DNA of 64,000 bases from Minisyncoccota bacterium (GTDB taxonomy: Bacteria; Patescibacteriota; Minisyncoccia; Phycocordibacterales; JBAYGS01), in contig JBAYGS010000003.1 of NCBI GenBank assembly GCA_041666545.1, positions 41,086 to 105,085 of the forward strand. The letters run 5' to 3'. The notes under the pieces are model-generated. The model worked only from the letters and a program-made list of their open reading frames with translations, was not told the origin of the DNA and made no database searches. Of the stretch, positions 36,858-44,391 are shown piece by piece (within the stretch, counting starts at the first letter, position 1; every line of letters starts with the position of its first letter). The translations under genes and the position numbers were made by a program.

Positions 36858-37877
36858 TCACAGCAGTTTCCCGGAACCTTTCAGCTTCAAGTGATTATAG
36901 GCTTTCGTGGTCGCGGTTCGGCCACGCGGAGTCCGTTCGAGAAAACCGAGTTGCAATAAATACGGTTCGTGGACTTCTTCAATCGTGGCTTCCTCTTCTG
37001 AAAGAGCGGCCGACAGAGTATTTAAACCGACCGGCCCTCCGCCAAATTTTTCAATCAAAGTTATCAGCAAATTTCGGTCGGCGCCATTTAAGCCGGCTTC
37101 ATCTACTCCCAAAAGACTTAAAGCTTCAAGCGCGCTCTTTTCATTGAGTTCGCCCTTTTTAACTTGAGCAAAATCTCGACAGCGCTTCAAGAGGTAGTTG
37201 GCAGTTCGTGGCGTAAAGCGGCTTCGTTTGGCGATTTCAAAAATTGCCTGGTCGCTGATTTCAACTCCCAAAATTTTGGCCGATCTTTTAATAATCTCGG
37301 CAATCTCTTTGTCAGTGTAAAAATCCAAACGAAAAGTTCCGCCGGAGAATCGGGAGCGGAGGGGAGAGGAGAGCATGGCCACACGAGTTGTGGCGGCGAC
37401 TAAAGTGAAAGGCGGCAGCTCCAGTTGGATAGTTCTTGCCGAAGGTCCTTTGCCTATGATAATATCCAAACTTCCTGATTCCATCGCCGGATAGAGAATT
37501 TCCTCGATGGAGCGATTTAGGCGATGGATTTCGTCTATGAAAAGAATATCCCCGGCCGACAAGTTGGTGATGATTGATGCTAAATCACCGACTTTTTCGA
37601 TTGCCGGTCCGGAGGTGACTTTCATTTGGGTATTGAGCTCTTTGGCAATTAGGTGAGCAAGGGTGGTCTTCCCCAAGCCTGGTGGCCCGTAAAAAAGGAT
37701 ATGCTCCGGCGGGTGATTGCGCTCTTTAGCGGCCGTGAGGAGAATTTTCAGGTTTTCTTTGACCGAATTTTGGCCAATATATTCCTGCCAACGACTTGGA
37801 CGCAGGGTCTGGTCTAAAAATGCTTCCTCGGCCGGTTCCTTGGCTATTTTGTTGGCTTTTTCATTCAGGCTTGACAT
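36858..37877 (-). CDS. ruvB: Holliday junction branch-migration helicase RuvB
   Basis: 339 aa. [12 protein letters not shown]...[16 protein letters not shown] (Walker A), FIDEIHRL (Walker B), and a C-terminal winged helix. Confidence 0.93.
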   Translation of the reverse strand: MSSLNEKANKIAKEPAEEAFLDQTLRPSRWQEYIGQNSVKENLKILLTAAKERNHPPEHILFYGPPGLGKTTLAHLIAKELNTQMKVTSGPAIEKVGDLASIITNLSAGDILFIDEIHRLNRSIEEILYPAMESGSLDIIIGKGPSARTIQLELPPFTLVAATTRVAMLSSPLRSRFSGGTFRLDFYTDKEIAEIIKRSAKILGVEISDQAIFEIAKRSRFTPRTANYLLKRCRDFAQVKKGELNEKSALEALSLLGVDEAGLNGADRNLLITLIEKFGGGPVGLNTLSAALSEEEATIEEVHEPYLLQLGFLERTPRGRTATTKAYNHLKLKGSGKLL

Positions 37878-38284
37878 ATAAATTGTTTTATGCTAGACTA
37901 CCACTGTTATTTGAAAGAGGCGAGACGCGGTCATTATGGGCTCCAGAAATAGGGGTCATGAGATTTTAAGCTGGGCAATCCAGAATTTAAATCTCTAAGT
38001 AATGGATTTCACGGTCTTTAAATTCTTTTAGAGGACGTCTTGGTTTCGTATCTTCGGATATTAGGCTGATACTATCCTTGTAAAAGCGGTTTAGCTTTTG
38101 GCGTCATGCTAAAAGTATTACTTAGAGATTTAACATCTGGATTTGGGGCCCCGGTTAGAACATTTCGTTTTAACCGGGGCCTTTCGTTTTCTATCTCTCA
38201 TTATTCACGGCTTTAGCCCTCTGGCAACTGGGGATAGCGACTGCAACACCAAAAACTTTTTCTTGCAAGGAACTGTGGACAGTC

Positions 38285-39955
38285 TTACATTTCTGCTTCC
38301 AAATCAATCACTCGTTTGACCTCCTCAAGTGAAGTCAATCCGGCCAAAATTTTCATAATTCCGTCTTGTCGCATGTCGGGAATATTTTGCGCCACCGAAG
38401 CTTTTTTAATCTCTCGCTCGCTTGGGCTGGCTTCGACCACTTTTTCGATCGCCTGATCGGTAATGATGGCCTCATAAACTCCGGCGCGGCCCTTGTAGCC
38501 GGTATTGTTGCAGACAGCACAGCCGACCGGCACAAACATTTTCTCGATTGGTGGGAGCGGATCCTTAAGCTCACTTAGGATTTTCTTGAACAATTCTTGG
38601 TCGGCCGGTTCGATCGGCGCCTCCTTCTTGCAAGCCTGACAAAGTTTACGAACTAAACGTTGGGCCATCGCTAAACTCAAAGCTGAAGTGATAATTTTTG
38701 GGTTGACCTTAAGATCAATCAGTCGGGTGAAGGTCCCGGCGGCATTATTGGTGTGCAAAGTTGAGAAGACCAAGTGGCCGGTGAGTGCCGAGTTGATGGC
38801 CACACTCGCGGTTTCGCTGTCTCGGATTTCACCAACCATGATGACATCCGGATCTTGTCGCAAAGCGCTCCTTAGGCCAGAAAGGAAAGTGTAGCCCTTT
38901 TCGCTGTCGGTTTGAGTTTGCACGATTCCCGGTAAATGGTATTCGATCGGGTCTTCAATGGTGATTATCTTAATGCTTGGATCGTGGAGTTTCCGAAGCA
39001 GGGCATAGAGCGTGGTGGTTTTACCGGAACCGGTTGGGCCGGTGGTGAGCAACATGCCGTTGGGCTTGCTAATGGTTTTATTGACCAATTCCAAAAGTTT
39101 TTCACTCATCCCGAGTTGTTCGAGTGGCACCGAGATTGATTTCGGATTCAAAACGCGCATCACGATTGATTCAGCGTAGGCACCGGGCAGAACCGAAGTT
39201 CGAATTTCGATATCGGCGTCGCTCACCCCTACACTAAAACGACCGTCCTGGGCTTCTGAACCGACATTGAGCTTTAGGCCGGAGATTAATTTAATACGCG
39301 AAAGCAGTAAGCGGTAAGTTTGGCGGTCAAATTTAATTACATCGGTTAGAACACCGTCCAAACGAAAGCGAATTCGGACATACTCTTCTTCCGGTTCGAT
39401 GTGGATGTCGGAAGCGTTGATAGCCAAAGCTCCGGCCAAAATTACCTCTAAAATTTTTGAAATTTTAAAACCCTTGGTGCCCTTTAACAGTTCATAGATT
39501 TTTGAAGTGATGTCGTTTAAATTTTTAACATCTTTCATAACCGAAGCGACTTCCTCGGCGGAAATATCAAGAGCGCCGGCTTTGGATTCGCTGGCGTAAG
39601 AAAGAGTGGCATAAAGCGACCAGGCTTTTTCCAGGCTTGTGGCTGAAACCATGAAAAGGGTTAGTGCATAGCCGGCTGTTTCGAGTTTTTTCAAAACCAA
39701 CAGAGTTTTGTCGAATTGAGGGGAGAGGACCGCTACCTTTAATTTTTTTCCGGAAATGTCAAAGACTGCCATTTTAGCTTCTCGTGCTTCCGCCTCCGGC
39801 ACAAGTCGGAGGGCGTCGCTGTTAACCGGGGCGGTCAAAAGATTACCGTAGGCGATGCCATACTTACCTGACAGCAATTCGGCGGAATCTTCCGCCTCTT
39901 TCCTTAAAAGAGTTTTGATTCGTTCCTCCTGTTTGTCGTCATTAAAATCAATCAT
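38285..39955 (-). CDS. pilB: type IV pilus assembly / type II secretion ATPase (PilB/GspE family)
   Basis: 556 aa. Walker A LLTTGPTGSGKTTTLYA, Asp box, His box, and the C-terminal tetracysteine CQACKK...CAVCNNTGYKGRAGVYE typical of GspE/PilB. Confidence 0.9.
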   Translation of the reverse strand: MIDFNDDKQEERIKTLLRKEAEDSAELLSGKYGIAYGNLLTAPVNSDALRLVPEAEAREAKMAVFDISGKKLKVAVLSPQFDKTLLVLKKLETAGYALTLFMVSATSLEKAWSLYATLSYASESKAGALDISAEEVASVMKDVKNLNDITSKIYELLKGTKGFKISKILEVILAGALAINASDIHIEPEEEYVRIRFRLDGVLTDVIKFDRQTYRLLLSRIKLISGLKLNVGSEAQDGRFSVGVSDADIEIRTSVLPGAYAESIVMRVLNPKSISVPLEQLGMSEKLLELVNKTISKPNGMLLTTGPTGSGKTTTLYALLRKLHDPSIKIITIEDPIEYHLPGIVQTQTDSEKGYTFLSGLRSALRQDPDVIMVGEIRDSETASVAINSALTGHLVFSTLHTNNAAGTFTRLIDLKVNPKIITSALSLAMAQRLVRKLCQACKKEAPIEPADQELFKKILSELKDPLPPIEKMFVPVGCAVCNNTGYKGRAGVYEAIITDQAIEKVVEASPSEREIKKASVAQNIPDMRQDGIMKILAGLTSLEEVKRVIDLEAEM

Positions 39956-40102
39956 ACGGCTAATTTTAGCTTTTTTTAGACGGGCTTACAACGCAAGAAA
40001 AAGGGGGAGGGAAAGCCCCGCCGGCCGAGGACGTCCGGCGGGGCTTGACAACTTTTTGTTTTGTGATAGGGTGGCGGGAGAACCTTCAACCAAAGGTGTT
40101 CA

Positions 40103-40597
40103 ATGAAAATCGTTAACTATGTCGCAGTTCTTTGTTTGAGTCTGGTGTTTGTTGGTTGCAAGTCCCCGCTCTCCCAGGGCCAAAAGCCGGTTCCGGTCGT
40201 GAACAACTATTATTACAATACCCCGCCTCCGGCCCCGGTGGTCGCCAAACCGGCCCCAGCTCCAGCGAAAGCGAAACCCGCTCCGGCCCCGGCCAAAACG
40301 GCGGTAACGGCGCAGAAGCCCGCTCCGCCCAAGGTCGCGCCGGTCCCAGTGTTGAAATCCGGGCGCCCGGACTACAGCGTCTTGTTTATCAACCGGACCA
40401 AAGAGGTCGTGGCCATTGCCCTCAATAACGGGCGGCTGAAATTCAGTCTGAAGCCGGGCGAAGAGAAGGAGGTTCCGGCGGAGGCCTCGAACAACCAAAT
40501 TCCTTACGAGGCGAAAATCGGCAACACTGCCTACGCCGACGGGACCATCAAGGTTGACCCCGGCTCGGTCTTTTACCGGATTACGATTCGACAGTGA
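40103..40597 (+). CDS. lipoprotein with a Pro/Ala-rich linker (high-GC gene)
   Basis: Signal peptide with lipobox LVFVGC, (P-A-P-A-K)n low-complexity region, then a 90 aa beta domain. Local GC is well above the window average. Confidence 0.4.
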   Translation: MKIVNYVAVLCLSLVFVGCKSPLSQGQKPVPVVNNYYYNTPPPAPVVAKPAPAPAKAKPAPAPAKTAVTAQKPAPPKVAPVPVLKSGRPDYSVLFINRTKEVVAIALNNGRLKFSLKPGEEKEVPAEASNNQIPYEAKIGNTAYADGTIKVDPGSVFYRITIRQ

Positions 40598-40619
40598 GTC
40601 GGTCCGGCACCAAACCACC

Positions 40620-40658
40620 CCCCCACCCCTTTGCGGGTGAGGGGTTTTTTTATTATAT
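40620..40658 (+). terminator. G/C-rich hairpin plus T7 terminator
   Basis: cccacccctttgcgggtgagggg followed by tttttttatt. Confidence 0.5.
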
Positions 40659-40723
40659 TCGCATGCCTTATTCGTAAAGGTTCTCAACAGTTTTTAATGC
40701 TCAACTAAGCCGTATCTTTGCTA

Positions 40724-40845
40724 TTGACCCCGTTAGAGATAGGTCATCAGAGATGACCGTAGCTATATGCTAGTAGCAGCATTCTATTTTATGGCTTTGA
40801 ATAAGGTTTTTTAGAGCATTCTAAACAGAGGATCTCTAACGGGGT
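40724..40845. repeat. small element with 14-17 bp terminal inverted repeats (accccgttagagat / atctctaacggggt) and an internal palindrome ggtcatcagagatgacc
   Basis: Seen directly in the sequence. The arms are about 90 bp apart in the intergenic region between a lipoprotein gene and a secreted-protein gene. Confidence 0.5.
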
Positions 40846-40944
40846 TGACTTTAGTCTTAAAATTTGATATACTATAGGTAGGAATACAGAAACCTAAACC
40901 ATGTTTGTGCCGACTTTTAGTAGTCGGCACAAGGAAAGGACCAG

Positions 40945-41835
40945 ATGAAAAATCTCATGTTCGTTGTAATGTTGCTCGTGTCAGCTCTGGCTCACGGCGC
41001 CGAAGTGAATCAGGAAATCGTCATGAAGCCGGTGGAACCGAAAGCGGTTCACCAAACTCCGGCGAGGCCGAAAATCGTGCCGCAAAAAGAGCTCACGGTT
41101 AAGGAGCTCTTCGAGCGTGAGCAAGTTCGGCGCCAAGAAAAAGAAATGGCTGCGAAGATTGCGACCGGAGAGCAAATCATTCCGGCAGCCGGACTCACAT
41201 CCACGCAGTCTGGAACGGTGCCAGTTGTTCAGGCTCCGACGCGAGTCGGCAGCAGATCAGCCCACCGGTATCCCAATCAGCGCTCATTCGGAGGGCATCG
41301 GAGCTTCGGTGGTAGCCGCCCGTTTGGAGGCAATCAAGCTCCGAATGGGTACATCACCACTGCTCCGGCGGCGACGGTGCCGGCCAATGTGCAGGTCTAT
41401 GTCGGGTCACCGGCCGTATCGCAACAGCCCGCTCCTGCCAAAAGCGGGTTCTGGCGAAAAGTTGGCCAAGCCACCGGGTTTGGTCCACTCTTCACCGAGT
41501 ACCGGCCTCAAATCGCCGAGTATGCCGCGACCCACGGAGCGGTCGGCGCCTCCCAGTTCAGTGGGGTGCCTTACCAGACTACGGAGTCGGTGAGCGCATC
41601 CACTTGGGACAACTCCTACCAACCTTACGGTTGGGGCTCGAGGCCAAACACTTCGAAAGGCTCCTACTACGGCTACAGCCGAGTGAGTCAGCCGACCTAC
41701 GGGGCTTATGTCCCGGACGGCGCGGCTCCGACCTCGTATGTCCGGTTCGAGTCGGTAAGCCAAAGGCTCGGACCGCAGGACTACGGAGTCCCGGGTGGGA
41801 GCACGAAGGTGTTCCGGCTCTTCGGTCGGGACTAG
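40945..41835 (+). CDS. secreted low-complexity protein (high-GC gene)
   Basis: Signal peptide MFVVMLLVSALAHGA, then a Gly/Ser/Tyr/Pro-rich sequence with repeats (RSFGGHRSFGGSRPFGG). Confidence 0.35.
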   Translation: MKNLMFVVMLLVSALAHGAEVNQEIVMKPVEPKAVHQTPARPKIVPQKELTVKELFEREQVRRQEKEMAAKIATGEQIIPAAGLTSTQSGTVPVVQAPTRVGSRSAHRYPNQRSFGGHRSFGGSRPFGGNQAPNGYITTAPAATVPANVQVYVGSPAVSQQPAPAKSGFWRKVGQATGFGPLFTEYRPQIAEYAATHGAVGASQFSGVPYQTTESVSASTWDNSYQPYGWGSRPNTSKGSYYGYSRVSQPTYGAYVPDGAAPTSYVRFESVSQRLGPQDYGVPGGSTKVFRLFGRD

Positions 41836-41907
41836 GCCACTCAGTTCTTCACAAAGCGCGTCGCAAGATGCGCTTTTCTTTTTGTTCAATTTAGCTACAA
41901 TCACTGG

Positions 41908-42375
41908 ATGAGAATTATAAGCAAAAGTTTGGCCGAAACCGAAAAATTCGCCCAAGATTTTTTAAATAAAATTAAACCAAAAGAAAACGACGCGACGGTC
42001 GTCGGTCTACATGGTGATTTAGGATCTGGAAAAACCGCTTTTGTTAAACTGATTGCGAAAAATTTAGGCATTACTGAAAACATCACCAGCCCCACTTTTG
42101 TCATTATGAAAAACTACCCACTTATTCTTCAAAACTTCCCAACTTCAAAACTTCCCAACTTCAAAACTCTCACACATATTGACGCCTACCGTCTCGACCG
42201 TGGCAGTGATCTTGCCAAGCTTGGTTTTGCTGATTTACTAAATAATCAAGAAAATCTGATTCTGCTTGAGTGGCCGGAAAAAGTGGCCGATGTTCTACCG
42301 AAAGACTATGTAAGGATTGATTTTAAATTTATTGACGAAAACACCAGAGAAATTTCTACTGATTTTTGGCTTTAA
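41908..42375 (+). CDS. tsaE: tRNA threonylcarbamoyladenosine biosynthesis protein TsaE (YjeE ATPase)
   Basis: 155 aa. VGLHGDLGSGKTAFVK (Walker A) ...TSPTF...HIDAYRL core, with an in-frame 16 aa insertion encoded by a family-E repeat. Confidence 0.8.
   Translation: MRIISKSLAETEKFAQDFLNKIKPKENDATVVGLHGDLGSGKTAFVKLIAKNLGITENITSPTFVIMKNYPLILQNFPTSKLPNFKTLTHIDAYRLDRGSDLAKLGFADLLNNQENLILLEWPEKVADVLPKDYVRIDFKFIDENTREISTDFWL
42127..42168. repeat. family-E repeat (aaaacttcccaacttc x2) inside the tsaE coding sequence, in frame
   Basis: Encodes LILQNFPTSKLPNFKT between conserved TsaE segments. Confidence 0.75.
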
Positions 42376-42497
42376 TTCCGGCTCGGTTTGAGGTAATCTT
42401 GAGGAGGAAGGTAAACCCAAAACCCTAAGGCAATAACAATTGCTCGGGTGACCCTAAAACAGGCTATGCCTGTTCGGTAAACAAGAAAGGAATACCA

Positions 42498-43271
42498 GTG
42501 AAAAATGCCAAACGAGCCTTTGATTTGATGTGCAAAGACCTGTTGGTTATCGAGCCGATGGGTATCGCTTACGCCGCTCTGGCGGAAGACGGGCTATTCT
42601 CGGCCAAAATTGTGAATGTGGAAAAGGCTATTCATCGGCTGGCCGACAAAAACGGTCCGGACGCTATGGGCTCTCTGCCTTTCAAACGAGTTTTGACCAT
42701 TCGAAGCATTGTGGCAATGGTGATGCTCGGCTATCCGGCGGAAGCCATCGATTGGCTAAAGAGTCTTGGCGCGAACTATCAAGGGTCGGCGACCAGCGAT
42801 GAGGCGATTTTCTCTCACGGGTGCACGATCGGTATGATTTTTGGTCTTAACGAACTCTCCGAGGCCGGTGAGCCGATTAGTCCCGGTTTGGAAGAAGCAG
42901 TAGCACAAAGCCTTACTACTTTTCTTCAGATTGGGAAAGAAAAAGGTCTGAACGAGTATCTCAAAGATCAAAATTTGGCGTTGCTCTTTCGAAGGTTCAT
43001 CACTCCAGCCAATTCTGGCAAAGATGGTGAGTGGGGCCGGGCGGAGACAATCAACTTTGTCCTCACAGTGATCAAGGCCGATCGCAAGAAGTTTGGTTTG
43101 ATGGGCGAGGAGCTTGGTCGGATGCTCTGCGAGAGTCTGCTCGGCAATTTGGAGTGGCACTCGGCATGGCAGACTGTTCATTTTGCCCTCGGGCTGATGA
43201 TGCGGCACCGAGCCGGACCAAAGCCCAATTTGCCGGTTGGTGGCGAACTATTGAAGAAAAAGAAAAAGTGA
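42498..43271 (+). CDS. hypothetical all-alpha protein
   Basis: 257 aa, no recognisable motif. Moderately high GC. Ends with a poly-Lys tail. Confidence 0.35.
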   Translation: MKNAKRAFDLMCKDLLVIEPMGIAYAALAEDGLFSAKIVNVEKAIHRLADKNGPDAMGSLPFKRVLTIRSIVAMVMLGYPAEAIDWLKSLGANYQGSATSDEAIFSHGCTIGMIFGLNELSEAGEPISPGLEEAVAQSLTTFLQIGKEKGLNEYLKDQNLALLFRRFITPANSGKDGEWGRAETINFVLTVIKADRKKFGLMGEELGRMLCESLLGNLEWHSAWQTVHFALGLMMRHRAGPKPNLPVGGELLKKKKK

Positions 43272-43498
43272 AAATTCGCCCCGCGTTTGCTGCAAACGCG
43301 GGGCTTTTAATCTCCCCAAACTCCTTGACTTTACCCAACAAAACTGTAGGGTAGTAAAGGACCTGGCTAATTGGCCAAAGTTCATTGTCAGTCAACCGCC
43401 GAGGCTTTTGTTCTGAAAAGGCAAAAGATTAGGCAAAATTGTTCAGAAACCAAGTCTTGAAAAGGATTTGGTGGAGAACATAACCTGAAAAGGTTCGT

Positions 43499-44293
43499 AT
43501 GAAGATGGATACCGCGTCAATTGTTGGTGCCTTATTCGCCGAGCAAGAAAAAAGTCCTCTCACTAAAGCTTTGGAGATTATCTCCTCAGATCAGTCAGAT
43601 GACCAAAAAACTGGAGCTCTGGCCTCGTTGCTACTCTGCGAAAGTGGAGGATGTTCCTTTGAGCACATTCGAAGAGTGACGCTTATCGCCGTGGCCGCCG
43701 GCCCGGATTTCTTGGCTGCATTCGTTAAAAATTTCGAGTACACCTTCCTCAACTTCATGACTCTTGCCACGGTAAAAGACATGGAGTTCAAGATTCACGC
43801 CGTTCTGGTCGGCTTACTTGAGGGGGAAATCAGACTTGACCCGAAACGCAAGAATCCGACTATGCATGTCAGCCCGACAATCATATTGCCCTTGGCTTAC
43901 ATGAAAGCATTGCCACTCGACAGAATGAGCCCGGATGTCGCGAGTCGGTTTTCGAGCGCAGTCGCGGAATATTTAAAGGAGGGCCATCTCTGTGAATCTC
44001 TAACAACACACGCTAAGGAGCAGAAGTTGCGTTGTGTGGAGTACCGAGCCTTTTTTGGAACGGTCGCGGAACTTTTACCGGCAGCATCTGGTCGGCAAAA
44101 CCGACTCTTGTGGCAGGTGGTCGAAGAGTTTGTTCACAAAATCAAGCCAGTTCTTACCGAGCCAGCAATGATCACCCACTACACGGCCGGCATTGCTCAC
44201 GCATTCAGTCTGCCACTTGAGCCGGCTGATCCCGAAAGTGAACGGATGAAACAGAAAATCATGAAGGCGGTCCGCGGAGACCTGTTCAGTTAG
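43499..44293 (+). CDS. hypothetical all-alpha protein
   Basis: 264 aa, no recognisable motif. Upstream region has three copies of ytgaaaagg. Followed by terminator 44312-44350. Confidence 0.35.
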   Translation: MKMDTASIVGALFAEQEKSPLTKALEIISSDQSDDQKTGALASLLLCESGGCSFEHIRRVTLIAVAAGPDFLAAFVKNFEYTFLNFMTLATVKDMEFKIHAVLVGLLEGEIRLDPKRKNPTMHVSPTIILPLAYMKALPLDRMSPDVASRFSSAVAEYLKEGHLCESLTTHAKEQKLRCVEYRAFFGTVAELLPAASGRQNRLLWQVVEEFVHKIKPVLTEPAMITHYTAGIAHAFSLPLEPADPESERMKQKIMKAVRGDLFS

Positions 44294-44311
44294 TTGTTGT
44301 GTTTTATGCCA

Positions 44312-44350
44312 CCCCCCCGCACCAATCAGTGCGGGGGCTTTTATTTTTCT
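44312..44350 (+). terminator. rho-independent terminator
   Basis: cccccgcac-caatca-gtgcggggg followed by cttttattttt. Confidence 0.65.
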
Positions 44351-44391
44351 AAATGCTAGAATGTAGCTATATTTTTCATAATTCCTAATTC

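Noticed and set aside
37878-38284. tmRNA or RNase P RNA in the ruvB-pilB gap
   Set aside because: I could not find the tmRNA tag-reading frame or 3' CCA-proximal acceptor, nor the RNase P P4 consensus (AGGAAAGTCCGGGCTCC / ACAGAACCCGGCTTA). Only a generic hairpin was found, so it is left as an unclassified possible ncRNA.
40100-41955. Minus-strand ORFs 40100-40687 (195 aa) and 41407-41955 (182 aa), and other frames in the GC-rich islet
   Set aside because: High GC suppresses stop codons in all frames. These are Arg/Gly-rich antisense frames of the plus-strand lipoprotein and secreted-protein genes, which have signal peptides and sensible domain structure.
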